Source of the DNA: Octopus vulgaris
Taxonomy: Eukaryota
Direction: 5' to 3'
Length of the DNA: 64,000 bases
NCBI GenBank assembly: GCA_951406725.2
Contig: OX597816.1
Coordinates: forward strand, 11,408,001 to 11,472,000
In this document: piece after piece, positions 40,763 through 53,358 of the stretch
How the letters are laid out: every line of letters starts with the position of its first letter
How positions within the stretch are numbered: the stretch's first letter is position 1
Notes under the pieces: model-generated
What the model was told of the DNA's origin: nothing
Databases searched by the model: none
Seen by the model: the letters and a program-made list of their open reading frames with translations, nothing else
Made by a program: the position numbers and the translations under genes

Positions 40763-41810
40763 TTGGGTCAGCCCATAAATAATACGTCTTTTTTGTACTT
40801 CTTTTATTTTTCAAAATTAAGATAAACAAATTTTTAAAATCTAAAATATACTCTTCCTCATTTTCTACAATGCTCTTCCATCTATCTGGTAGATTTACAA
40901 GGCTCCTCTTCCAAAATTCACTTGCCTGTAGCGAAAAATACTCGTCCAGTACTGTTCTGACCTACAGAATTCAGATTCTTTCCATCCAAATGATTTTGAA
41001 GACTGTTAAATAAATGTCTGGTGAATATGGTGGGTGGGGCATCATTTCCCATTCAAACTGCTCCAGCCTTTGGAATGTCATCCTCCCTTAATGTGGCCAA
41101 GCATTATCCTGATGGAAGAACACCTTTCTTCTCGAAACCAAAGATGATCGTTTTTCTTCTAGCGCTGACTTAAGCCACACAAGCTGTTTGCTGTAGATCT
41201 CCTTTGTTATCTAATGGTTTGGGTTTAAAAGCTCAAAGTGGACTAAACCTTTCATATTCCACCAAACAGATAACAATACCTTACATGGGTGAAGACCTTC
41301 TTTAGCTTGGGGTGCCAGTGTTTCTTCTCTCTCAACTCATTGTCTTTGGCACTTGACGATTTTATAGAGAGCCCATTTCTTGTCACCAGTCAATATTCGG
41401 TCCCAAACAGGTTCATTCATGAGATGTGACAGCAAAGGAGAGCTCACATTCACTCTTTGCATGTGATTAGACTCTTGACCCACTTTACTAACTTTTCTGA
41501 TGGCACACAGATGTCAATGAATGGTTGAATGACCAAATCCAAGCTTTTCTGCTAGTTCCTGAACAGTTACAATGGGATTTTGTTCCACCAGGGCTTGCAG
41601 GACATCCTTGTCATGTTCTACAGATCTTCCAGGACAAGGCTTATCTCCTAGGCTGTAGTTTTGAGCTCAGAATTTCTGAAACTACCGTTCACACTGGCTA
41701 TACTGCATTAATATTCCTTACACTTTCCTTTGCGGTATTTCCTTTATTGAACTCATAAAACAATATATACTGAATATGCTCCTTTGTCACTTCCATTATA
41801 GCTTTAAAAA
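40763..41810 (-). pseudogene. Degenerate mariner transposase element
   Basis: Minus strand: MEVTKEHIQYILFYEFNKG (ATG at 41796), RILTGDKKW, VFFHQDNA and LEQFEWEMMPHPPYSP. TA followed by a ttgggtcagcccataa TIR-like end at 40763. Confidence 0.85.
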
Positions 41811-41916
41811 ATATTATTATTATCATTATTATTATTATCATCATTATTGCTATTATTCTTTTAAACTCAGGTTTTGTTGGAAATCCTGGAATTTGCATAA
41901 GTAGCAAGCATGCCTT

Positions 41917-42190
41917 CTACAGCCTATAGTATACTGCTATCTGTTCTAATACCTTCCTGATAATTCTGGCCATGCCAAAGAGGCAGACTTTTTGCAGCAG
42001 TTCTTCTGGGCATTCTATTTTCATTTCCTTTATATTCCTCTTGATGACTTCTGATACTGTTCCCATGGCCCCAACAAAAACTGGCACAAACTTCAGCTTC
42101 TTCATCTTCCACAGTCAAGCTGTCTTGTATAAATACAGGATTGCATTCATCTGATTTTTTTCGTCTCTCTTCTTAACTATTCTTTGGTAA
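41917..42190 (-). pseudogene. C-terminal fragment of an R4/Dong-like (RLE) non-LTR retrotransposon
   Basis: KFVPVFVGAMGTV....LLQKVCLFGMARIIRKVL resembles R4/Dong C-termini (from memory). Lies between (ATT)n and (ATC)n tracts. Confidence 0.65.
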
Positions 42191-42196
42191 AATGGG

Positions 42197-42483
42197 TATC
42201 ATCATCATCACCATCATCATCATCGTCATCGTCGTCATTGTCGTCATCATCCCCATCACCATCACCACCATCATCACCATCATCATCATCACCATCATTG
42301 TCACCATCATCATAATCACCTTTATTGTCATCATCATCATCATCGTCGTCGTCATCTTCAACACCATCACCATCACCATCATCATCACCACCATCATAAT
42401 CGTCATCGTCGTTGTCTTCATCATCATCACCACCACCACTACCACCACCACCATCACCACCACCACTACTACTACTACTACTA
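42197..42483. repeat. (CAT/CAC/ACT)n microsatellite
   Basis: Direct inspection. Confidence 0.9.
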
Positions 42484-42725
42484 AGGGATGCTGAAAATTT
42501 TCTGGCTATGGGCAGAAGAAAATACAGGAAGATCAGTTAATTATGATTCTATTCAACATATTCCCCTCTCACATTCACATACTTATTGCAGCAGTCCTTC
42601 AGTTTTTCTAAGCCCTATAAAAGCACTCGAAAGGTTGAACCTCGAACCAAGCCTTTTGCAGTACCCTAAAACCAGGAACTTCTCAGCACACCCTTGTAGA
42701 TGATACAGTAAAAATGAATAATTAT

Positions 42726-43105
42726 AGGCGCAGGAGAGGCCGTGTAGTAAGTACCTTTTTTATCAACCACATGGTTCCGGGTTCAGTCCCACTGTATGGC
42801 ACCTTGAGTAAGTGTCTTCTATGGCCTCAGGTTGACCAAAACTTTGTGAGTGGATTTGGTAGATGAAGACTGAAAAGAAGCCTGTCATGTATATATATAT
42901 ATATACATATGTATATATTTATGTGAGTGTGTCTGTGTTTATACCCCCACCATCACTTGAAAACCGATGTCGGTGTGTTTATATCCCCGTAACTTAACAG
43001 TTTGGCAAAAGAGACCGATAGAATAAGTACTAAGCTTACAAAGAATAAGTCTTGGGGTCAGTTTGTTTGACTAAAGGTGGTGCTCCAGCATGGCCACAGT
43101 GAAAT
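42726..43105 (+). mobile_element. SINE family 1 copy
   Basis: Homology to 829-1236. Confidence 0.8.
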
Positions 43106-43985
43106 CATTGCTTCTCAAACTATCTGATGTGGTGTGCAGGTATTTTTTTTCCAGTGTGCCAGGGACCATTAATATTTCTTAGTAATATTAATTTATACCA
43201 GAAACAATATATATAATTATGGAGATGTACTTGCATAGCAAGTGACTTGATCTCAGATCGTGTGCTGAAACAAAAACAATTACTGTGCGGAAGGTGTGTA
43301 TAAGCTATTTAAAAACACACAAAACCTGTTAGATTCACTTCAACATTTAAATTTAATTTATCAAAATATTTTCATCGCTTTGAAACTGTGACTTGATCAC
43401 TGACAAAATTTCATGCAACTTGGAATTTTGTCAGTGAATTTAATATATATAATGAATGTAATAAAAGTTGACAATTTCATCATCATCATCATCGTTTAAC
43501 ATCTGCTTTCCATGCTAGCATGGGTTGGACAATTTTGACTGAGGGCTGGCAAACCAGATGGCTGTACCAGGCTTCAATCTTGATTTGGCAGAGTTTCTAC
43601 AGCTGGATGCCCATCCTAATGCCAACCACTCCGAGAGTGTAGTGAGTGCTTTTTACGTGCCACCGGCATGGGGGCCAGTCAGGCGGTACTGGCAACGACC
43701 TCCCTCAAATCTTTTACATGTGCCAGTAAGGCGATGTTGGTAACAATCGAATGGTGTCTTTTACATGCCACTGGCATGGAGGCCAGATAGCCGCTCTGGC
43801 AATGATCACGCTCGGATGGTGCTCTTAATGTTATATTTATTTGGTAAACAAATAATAAAATATTACATAAGCATTTCATGAGCATTTTATAATGTTTCTT
43901 TCTTTTCTGGAAACGCACTGCGTACTGGCAGCTGACGGCTCACAGACCAGCACTAGTCCACGGAGCACCACTTTGAGAAGCTCTA
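43106..43985. mobile_element. hAT-like non-autonomous element with nested insertions
   Basis: Ends cattgcttctcaaac / ctttgagaagctcta resemble hAT (Charlie-type) TIRs. Contains a PLE-type fragment and a family 3 SINE. Confidence 0.5.
43357..43407 (-). ncRNA. Hammerhead-like motif with a GUGAUCA core (G3:C8 swap)
   Basis: tttgtca-GTGATCA-a-gtcac..gcgat-GAAAatatTT-tgataaa. Lies beside a fold-back centre (43397-43437). Confidence 0.45.
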
Positions 43986-44399
43986 AGTTAAATGGCTTAG
44001 AAAATAAATGAATGATTAAAGAAACGAATGTGCATGTTACTTCCACTTAATTTACTGACTTTAAAGGTTTGAAGAAAACGTATCGTTGAACCTTGCATGA
44101 TTTCAAGAGAGTAAAAGAAATAATTGAAGCAGACTGTAAGGAGATAGAATACAATGCAAGTCAATGTCCTGAGACTGTTTACTCACCTCAGAATAAAGTT
44201 AAATCTATTGATTTCTTACTAAGGTGAAAAACGCCACAGACATGTCAGGGAGTGGAATATGATACTGCAGTATACACACACACACACACACACACATGAA
44301 CACACACACGCATGTATATAGATAGATGTAGATATATAACTGCTGTATCTCATTCCACTCCCTGGTATGCCTGTAGCATATATATATATATATATATAT

Positions 44400-44780
<381 letters not shown>

Positions 44781-45613
44781 ATATATATATACACACACAT
44801 ACACACACAAACACACACATATATATAAAGACTTTTTCAATTCCCGAGTGTTATACTAATACATCTGTTTGTTTTCTACACCACCTGTCTTCATCTTTTG
44901 ATTTTTTCATGAACTCTCCCTATATTTATATAAACACACACACACACAAGTAAGCATATAAATGCAAAAACATATATATATTTTTTTACAGCTTTCCCTT
45001 CTTCCTCCTCCTTCTTTTCCTCTTCCTTCCTCCTCCTTATGTATATTTAGGTTTAATCAAGATAATATATTTATTGTACAATCTCGTTAGTCACTACATA
45101 CCAAATCTATGTTCAGTTTGCAGATTTGAATCGTTACATTTATATCTGTGGTTTTCCAAAAAACAGCCAAAGACCTGCAGCATCATTGCAGGGAAGAAAA
45201 ATATAAAGAAATCACTTACTTTGCATGAAACAACAACAGAGAACCTACCTCTTCACCATTCTATGAAGATGTTCGTCAAATTTTCGGTACAGGTCCCAAT
45301 ACTCTCAAAGGTAATAATACAACACATAGAAACCATGAAAGCATTTACACCTTTTTAGCTTCTACACCTTTTTAGCTTATACATCCATGCAAGTAGCAAC
45401 CAATTCGGTAAATTCTGTGTAAATAACATTTCTTTCAGTTGTTACCAGTTCCACATTGACCAAAAATGAAATTATTTGGTCGTTGACCAAACAAATCGAA
45501 TCCATTGTGCCAGGTTCCAAGTCAACAGAATGACGTGTGATACAGACTTGCTGCCATTGTTTCATTATATTAGACATAGTCAATTCAATTCTAAGTCATT
45601 TTTACCATTAATA

Positions 45614-46179
45614 TTGGGTTGTTCAGGAAGTTCATGCTGATTTATAGTAGCTTACCTTTCGACTTATTTTAGAACATGGTTGAGTCCATAAAATAGGATT
45701 TGACTACACCTCCATTTAGAGCACAGTTTAAGCTATCTTTTCGCGGAAGATGGTTTATGTTCCTATAACCTGTGCTAATTCTGTAACCCTTTAAAATGGA
45801 AGATAAGAAAGTTCATTTTCAGCACTTGATGCTTTGGGAACCAGATAAAAATTGCTGCAGCTCAGCTGGGATGTGATACCCCACCCTCCATATTCACCAA
45901 ATATTGCTCCTTCGGATTTCCACTTATTCAGGTCTCTGCAGAATAGTCTTAAGTATAAAAATTTCAATTCATTGGATGATGTAAAAAGATACCTTGATGA
46001 ATTATTTGCCATGAAACCACCACAATTCTGGGAAGAGGGTATTTTCAAGTTAAAGGAAAGATGGAGATGCATTGTGCAACAAAATGGTTCATATTTGGTT
46101 GATTAAAAATGTAATGGCAAGTATTTATTGACCTTTTTCTTTCCTTTAAAAATCAGAATGAACTTTCTGGACAACCCAA
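45614..46179 (+). mobile_element. Internally deleted mariner element
   Basis: TA TSDs and TIRs ttgggttgttcaggaagttcat / atgaactttctggacaacccaa. N-terminal MEDKKVHFQHLMLWE is joined to HPPYSPNIAPSDFHLFRSL...GSYLVD*. Confidence 0.9.
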
Positions 46180-46306
46180 TAGATTCCGTTAGAACTGATA
46201 CCGTGTTGATAGAAAATAATAGTGTCAACATGAATGAGATCCTCTCTTGACAGACATTGGAATCGAACTGTCAACCGCAGAATAAAACATGTTCTTCGTA
46301 GATCGA

Positions 46307-46418
46307 ACCTCTGATGAAGCTCCATGTCTTAGATCGGTTTTATTACCAAATACGATAAATATTTTTGCATATCAATTGCAATACCATACAACATCGGCAG
46401 CAGAAACAGCTGTTAGAT
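46307..46418 (+). ncRNA. Degenerate type I hammerhead with a very long stem II
   Basis: acct-CTGATGA-agct...agca-GAAAC-agct-GTT-agat. Palindromic stem III (acagctgt) and one mismatch in stem I. The host element runs to (TA)n at ~46637. Confidence 0.5.
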
Positions 46419-46634
46419 GTGATGCAGTCTATTTGTATTGAATTAATAAATAATAATAATTGATGTAATTCATTTGTCATTCATCAATATTTCTCCATAT
46501 TCTGTTTGCTTTAAATTTTGACCCATGCTTATCCTTGTCTTTCCCTGTAATTTATGAACATAATATATTTGCCATATGTATGTCCATAGTTAAACATAGG
46601 TAATATACCGGTAATGTAATGGATACTTCTATCC

Positions 46635-46671
<37 letters not shown>

Positions 46672-46672
<1 letters not shown>

Positions 46673-47086
46673 TCTCTTTACTCTTTTACTTGTTTCAGTC
46701 ATTTGACTGCAGCTATGCAGGAGCACCGTCTTTAGTCGAGCAAATCGGCCCTGGGACTTATTCTTTGTAAGCCCAGTACTTATTCTATCGGTCTCTTTTG
46801 CCGAACCGCTAAGTGACGGGGACGTAAACACACCAGCATCGGTTGTCAAGCAATGCTAGGGGGACAAACACAGACACACAAACATATACACACACACACA
46901 TATATATATATATACATATATACGACAGGCTTCTTTCAGTTTCCGTCTACCAAATCCACTCACAAGGCATTGGTCGGCCCGGGGCTATAGCAGAAGACAC
47001 TTGCCCAAGATGCCACGCAGTGGGACTGAACCCGGAACCATGAGGTTGGTTAGCAAGCTACTTACCACACAGCCACTCCTGCACCT
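46672..47086 (-). mobile_element. SINE family 1, young full-length copy
   Basis: CpG-rich copy with a (gagtaaaa) tail. Confidence 0.9.
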
Positions 47087-47094
47087 ATATATAT

Positions 47095-47337
47095 AATAAT
47101 AAATATAGGAATGAATCCAAAATTACAGGGAAAAATCAGATTTAGGGTTAAATCCAATTTTATAGTAAAATATTATATAATATATCGAGACAAAACCACT
47201 ATTTTAAAACCAAACAAGGAAATACTTAATCAATACATAAAATTTTAATATAAATTAAATAAATAAATATTTAATTTATATTACATTTTATGTACATAAT
47301 ACTTGTTTGGTTTTAAAATAGTGGTTTTGTCTCGAAT

Positions 47338-47345
<8 letters not shown>
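47095..47345. mobile_element. Truncated fold-back PLE-type family A copy without an HHR
   Basis: gagacaaaaccactatttt / aaaatagtggttttgtctc arms plus a left tail. Flanked by TA. Confidence 0.75.
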
Positions 47346-47376
<31 letters not shown>

Positions 47377-48254
47377 GTGCATGTGCATCTGAACAAGTAT
47401 ATAACATGTCTCATTGCTAGCAGAAGACAGTAATCATTTCAGGAAAAGTGGCAATGTTCAGAATAATTCTAGACTTACTCACATCAACTTTGCCATTCAT
47501 AATTACAGGTTCAAAGTATCTGTTCAAATGAAGATTGTTTCCATTTGATTAATTTAGGTGACTCCTTGGCTTTCTCAAACAAGGAACTACGGCAGCGAAG
47601 AACTTTGGTAGAATTTTCCTTAGTGCTGTTTGTACTTTGACAATAATATATTCCAGTTTTAAAGAAATCTGTTGGACATGTCTTTAGTGCAGGTGGTATC
47701 TCTAACTTTGCTGGCAGCTTTATAGAAGATAATTAGGAAATTGTAATGCTATGCTTTTCCCTGTGAGGAATACTGTTGCAATTTGATATAAATGAAGCTA
47801 TTCTTAATGGCTATTAAAATTGGCTCTAGGCATTATTCCACCGAAATTCTTTAAGCAAATCCATCCACTCTGCCGTTGAACTGTTACACCTATGTTAAGC
47901 ATTCAAGAAGGAAATTGCCTTAATTTCTCTTTTACACTTCTGGGAATAATTACAGAAAGAACTCTATAGCATGTAAGTTAAATTGCAATTATTGTTAGTT
48001 TTAAAATACTCTGAGTACTAAAATGTTTGTGTATGTGTATATGAGTGAGTGAGTGAGTGGCGGGGGAGTGGGGACAGACAGACAGACAGATAGACAGACA
48101 GAGCTGACATGCCTAGTAACTGAAGAAGCGAATGTCACATGCTCTCTTGGAAAAAAATTTAAGTTAAGCAAAACAAACAAAATAAATAGAATTAGCCGAT
48201 ATTTTCCATCAGTGAATGATGTCATTATTATGCTGATATCGCATGTAAGAAATT

Positions 48255-48331
48255 ATCATCATCATCATCATCACCGTCACCATCAGCATCATCATCATCA
48301 TCATCATCATCATCAGCATCATCATCAGCAG

Positions 48332-48424
<93 letters not shown>

Positions 48425-48439
48425 GACCATCATCATGAC

Positions 48440-48486
<47 letters not shown>

Positions 48487-48508
48487 GCATCATCATCATC
48501 ATCATGAC

Positions 48509-48549
<41 letters not shown>

Positions 48550-48654
48550 GCATCATCATGACTATCATCATGACCATCATCATCATCATCATCATCATCA
48601 CCACCACCACCATCACCACCACTACCACCACCATCATCATGACCATCATCATCC

Positions 48655-48714
<60 letters not shown>

Positions 48715-48755
48715 CCATCACCACCACCATCATCATCATCATCCTCATCATCATT
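48255..48755. repeat. (CAT)n microsatellite, ~500 bp
   Basis: Direct inspection. Confidence 0.95.
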
Positions 48756-49151
48756 ATTATGCTAATGTCGTGTTCGTTGTGTTGCATGCATTTTTACATG
48801 CTGATTAAGACCATTTTAAGGTGGCTAGCGGCTTGATGGCTATTCAGCTAAATAAAAGCTTCTGAATGCAAAAGGATTATGTGTGAGTGTGGCTTTGCCT
48901 TGGATAAATACGGTACACACCATGACAATGGCATTGTCGGCTAATAACAACGAACTTCAACTTTATGACTCAAATATGACAGCGGCTTTGCTCTGATGTG
49001 CTGCTGTTACAGCAAGAATCAACGAATCACTGAATATTAATGATGTAAATCGAAAGACAGATTTGTCTTTTTTTTTTCTGTTTTTATCAAAAGCTGGTAG
49101 AATAATGACTATACAAAAAAATATCAGTAATGGTAAAAGTCTTTGGAACTT

Positions 49152-49540
49152 GAAGAAATAATACAATACTATATTTAAGAGATGAGGAATTATTTACATT
49201 TGACGGATATTTGTCCTCATCATGTTTGTTCTTAACACAACGTTTCAGCTGATATACTCTCCAGCCTTTATCAGGTGTCTTGGGGAAATTTCGAACCTGG
49301 GTTCTCATTCTTAAGGTAGTTTTCGATATTGTTAGGTCACTGCCTGGAATCGAACTCGGAATCTTGGGGCTAGTAGCCAGCGCTTTAACTACTTTGCCAT
49401 ATGGCTGTGGGGAATTATGGAGTGAATTTTTAGTGAATTATGGAGTGAATATTTTCCTATTCTTCCCACGGGCATATGGTGTAGTGGTTAAGAGTGCAGG
49501 CTACTAACCCCAAGATTTCGAGTTCAATTCCAGGCAGTGA

Positions 49541-49581
<41 letters not shown>

Positions 49582-49729
49582 GTAACATTGAAAAATACCT
49601 TAGGAATGAGAACCCAGGTTTGAAATTTTCCCAAGACACCTGATGAAGGCAGGAGGGTATATCAGCCGAAACGTTGTGTTAACAACAAAAGATGAGGACA
49701 AATATCCATCAAATGTAATAATGTAAATA
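49152..49729. mobile_element. Head-to-head pair of tRNA-head + hammerhead elements
   Basis: Each arm has a tRNA-like head (49470-49542 on +; 49335-49406 on -), a spacer (with (AAT)n in the right arm), an HHR and a 3' tail. The arms have diverged at several positions. Confidence 0.8.
49635..49680 (+). ncRNA. Minimal type I hammerhead (mirror copy at 49234-49279 has G8>A)
   Basis: gacac-CTGATGA-a-ggc..gcc-GAAAC-GTT-gtgtt. Stem III is reduced to the palindrome aacgtt. Confidence 0.7.
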
Positions 49730-50249
49730 TTGAAGAAATAAATTTTAACATTTTAATAGAATAAGGTCTGTGGTAATGATGTTGGTGTGTCTCCTGGAAG
49801 ACTGGTAACTTTCAGTGTAAATCAGAGAAATCTTTAGGATTTGAAATTGATAAAAGGGTACAGGAAGTTGGTCTTTTGTCTTTTTCTTGTTCCAGTCATT
49901 AGACTGAGGCCATGCTGGGGCACCACCTTGAAGAATTTTTAGTTGAATGAATTGACCCCTGGTACTTATTTTTTTAAAAAGCCTGGTATTTATCCCATCA
50001 GTCTCTTATCCCAAACTGCTAAGTTATCGGGGATGTAAACAAACCAACATTAGTTGCTGAGTGTTGTGGGGCACACACACACTTACGATAAGTTCCTTTC
50101 ACTCACTAGGGTTAGCCTGATGATATGGTAAAAGACATTTGCTCAAGGTCTTGCACCGTATCCAAAATAGTAAAAGGTTAGGATTGATCTAAATAGCAAT
50201 GGATATTCTTCTATGTGAAAAACATAAGTTTCAAATTGCATGTAAAATA

Positions 50250-50478
50250 TATTTCTTTACTGCCCACAAGGGGTTAAACATAGAGGGGACAAACAAGAAC
50301 AGACAAAGGGCTTGAGTCGGTTACATCGACCCCAGTGCATAACTGGTACTTTATTTATCGACCTCGAAAGGATGAAAGGCAAAGTTGACCTCGGCAGAAT
50401 TTGAACTCAGAATGTAATGGCAGCCAAAATACCGCTAAGCATTTCGCCCGACGTGCTAATGATTCTGCCAGCTCGCCA
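50250..50478 (-). mobile_element. SINE family 2 monomer (others ~30650-30820, 53375-53578, 61264-61485, 62585-62750)
   Basis: Head plus body homologous to the array unit. Confidence 0.8.
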
Positions 50479-50859
50479 AAATAAAAAAGATTTGAAATCA
50501 GCCTTGAAAAAATACATAGAATCAGTTGAAAAAGTCTCATGCAACAGAAAATAAAAAAGAGTTCATTTCCCAATATAATTCTGTGTGTGCATATGGATCA
50601 TGGTTACTTGCTTGCAGGGACACAGAATTTTGTTATGCAACCATAATATGCTGACTTCTAAGTCAATGCTGTACCCTACCTGTGTTAGCAGTGCAATTAA
50701 ATCACATATACAAATTAGATCCAGTACTGAAAGTCTTGAATTCTTGACATCGTTATATTAAGACTTTAGGACTTCTCTTAATTCTTGTTGTTACAAACTC
50801 TTGGTGATTACAGATTATTAGGGTTGAAATAATCTTTTCTGCTATAGGCACAAGGGGTG

Positions 50860-51130
50860 TGGAGGCACATGGCCTAGTGGTTAGAGCAGTGGACTCGCGG
50901 TCGAGGGATTGCAGGTTCGAATTTCAGACCGGACGATGTGTGTGTTTATGAGTGAAACACCTGAGCTCCATGCAGCTCCGGCAGAAGATGATGACGAACT
51001 TCTGCTGACTCTTTCGCCACAACTTTCTCTCACTCTTTCCTCTTGCATCTTGCAGCTCACCTGCGATGGACTGGTGTCCCATCCAGGTGGGGAACCTATA
51101 CGCCAAGGAAATTGGGGAAACCGGCCCAAG
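50860..51130 (+). mobile_element. tRNA-derived SINE (family 4: ggaggcgcaatggcccagtggttag)
   Basis: A box tggcctagtgg and B box ggttcgaatt. Related copies at 51417-51720 (-) and 57378-57682 (-). Confidence 0.75.
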
Positions 51131-51416
51131 AAGGAACAAGAGGTGAAATTTTGTGGGTGGGAGTTAATCAATTACATCAACCCCGGTGCTTAACTGAAAG
51201 GATGGAGGGTAAAGTTGACCTTGACAACATTTAAATTAATAATCTAAAGATGGCTGAAATGCTGCTAAGCATATTATCCAGAATGCAAATGATTCTGTCA
51301 GCTTTCCACCTTTTAAGGGTCGAGATAATGAAACAGAAATGGTGTGGCAGATATTAAGAACTGTGTTTATCAAAATAGTGTTTGAAAAGAATTAATGTCT
51401 GAAATTTTTTTTTTTA

Positions 51417-51720
51417 CGTGCCCTTTTCAAGCCTAGCCAGGCTCATGGGCCCGGTTTCCCAGTTTCTGTGGTGTATGTGTTCCTCCCAGCTGGACGGGAC
51501 ACGAGTCCATTGCAGCATTACTCAAGAAATAGGAAGAGAGAGTGAAAGAAAGTTGTGGTGAAAGAGTACAACAGGGGTCACCACCACCCCCTGCCAGAGC
51601 CTCGTGGAGCTTTTAGGTATTTTTGCTCAATAAACACACACAATGCCCAGTCTGGGAATCGAAACCGCGATCCTCTGACTGCGAGTCCGCTTCCCTAACC
51701 ACTGGGCCATTGCGCCTCCA
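51417..51720 (-). mobile_element. SINE family 4 copy
   Basis: Closely similar to 57378-57682. Confidence 0.8.
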
Positions 51721-51947
51721 ATGTCTGAAAATGATTGCAAAATTTGCGATAATAACTTGTGGACGTGGCTTGATAAGATTTGATGTAAGCCTTTGAAAAT
51801 GCCTCCACTTTATCCAAATCAAAGGGAGATGTTGAGGGAATGGTTAAAAATGTTAAAATACATTCAAAAGCATATTGACAAATAAAGATTTTATTAATGT
51901 ATATGTGAATTACAAGCTTTTGAGTTTTCAGACTCTGTCTGTCTGTT

Positions 51948-51993
<46 letters not shown>

Positions 51994-52008
51994 TCTCTCT
52001 CTCTTTCA

Positions 52009-52039
<31 letters not shown>

Positions 52040-52887
52040 CCTATATCACACAGGAAGAATTCTTAGCTTATCTGCTTTGATGGGCAGACAAATACGATCA
52101 CCAATAACAATATCTTATGAAAATGGCAGATTCATTTTGGTATCGATGAAGCAGAAGAAATGATGAGCAACAAGTTAGATTTATATCTCGAGCAGGAAGT
52201 AAGACAGCCACGATTCTTAAGGGTGAATGGGGTAGAGAGCAGCTGATGCCGATCAAATAAACCGTTATAAATATTAATAGTGAACACGAAATGCAGAATC
52301 GCTCCCTCAAGTTTTGAATGATATTCCAGGTGATTTCACAACTGCTACAGGAACAAATAACGTTAGACTCTGTTCTTTCAAATAACGAAATGAATTCAAC
52401 CGATTCCTTTCTGGGAGATGTGATGCCTTTCTTATGCTAATGTTGCCGTTGTAGCATTGCATGCATTACACATGCAGATTAAGATTAGTTAAGGAGGCTC
52501 TGGGTTCAATGTCAGAGGCTGGTTATTCGGTTGGATAAAGCTTCACAATGGAGGGGATCATGTGTGACTACAGCTTTGGCTTTGATAAATACATTATGAC
52601 AAAAACTTGGAGATTATAAGCACAAAGCAACCATAGGGGCCTTGGAAAATCATGGAAAATCCTTGGACCTTAAATGAATGCTTCTTTGTTTTCAGGGATA
52701 CAAGGGAGTGAGGGTCTTTACCTAATTAGTTTTAGCTGTTTTCCAGATAAAAAAAGTAGAAGTTTTTTTTTTGTTAAAATGTGAAATTGTTTTTCATGAC
52801 ATAAAAAGTAAATGTGTGCAAGTTTTTTTCTTTTTTAAATTCAAATATCAAGTCCATCAATTTCAATAGATTATTGCTTAAATCTAT

Positions 52888-53358
52888 TCTTTTGTTTGTT
52901 TCAGTCATTTGACTGCAGCCATGCTGGAGCACTGCCTTTAGTTGAGTAAATCGACCCCCAGGACTTTCTATTACTAGCACAAGGCCTGAAATTTTTGGGG
53001 AAGAGGCTAGTTGATTACATCGACCCCAGTGCTCATCAGGTATTTATTTAATGACCTCAGCAGAATATATCGGTCTCTTTTGCAAAACCGCTAAGTTACG
53101 GGGTCATAAACACACCAGCATCAGTCGTCAAGCAATGGTGGAGGGATAAACAGAGACACACAAACATAAACACACACACACACACACACATATACGACGG
53201 GCTTCTTTCAGTTTCCGTCTATCAAATCCACTGACAAGGCTTTGGTTGGTCCAAGGCTATAATAGAAGATACTTGCCCAAGGTGCCACACAGTGGGACTG
53301 AACCCAGAACCATGTAGTTGGTCAGCAAGCTACTTACCACATAGCCACTCCTGCACCT
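52888..53358 (-). mobile_element. SINE family 1 copy with a nested SINE family 2 tail fragment
   Basis: Homology to both families. Confidence 0.75.

Noticed and set aside
48053-48808. 251-aa poly-His ORF
   Set aside because: It is a translation of a (CAT)n microsatellite with no coding-like flanks.
49470-49542. Functional tRNA gene (anticodon ACT)
   Set aside because: The acceptor, anticodon and T stems have mismatches and it is part of a repeated composite element, so it is treated as a SINE-like head.
52130-52198. Possible 69-bp exon (IHFGIDEAEEMMSNKLDLYLEQE, cag|...|gtaag)
   Set aside because: The acceptor lacks a polypyrimidine tract, the peptide is not recognised and no partner exons are evident. 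It would need RNA-seq support.
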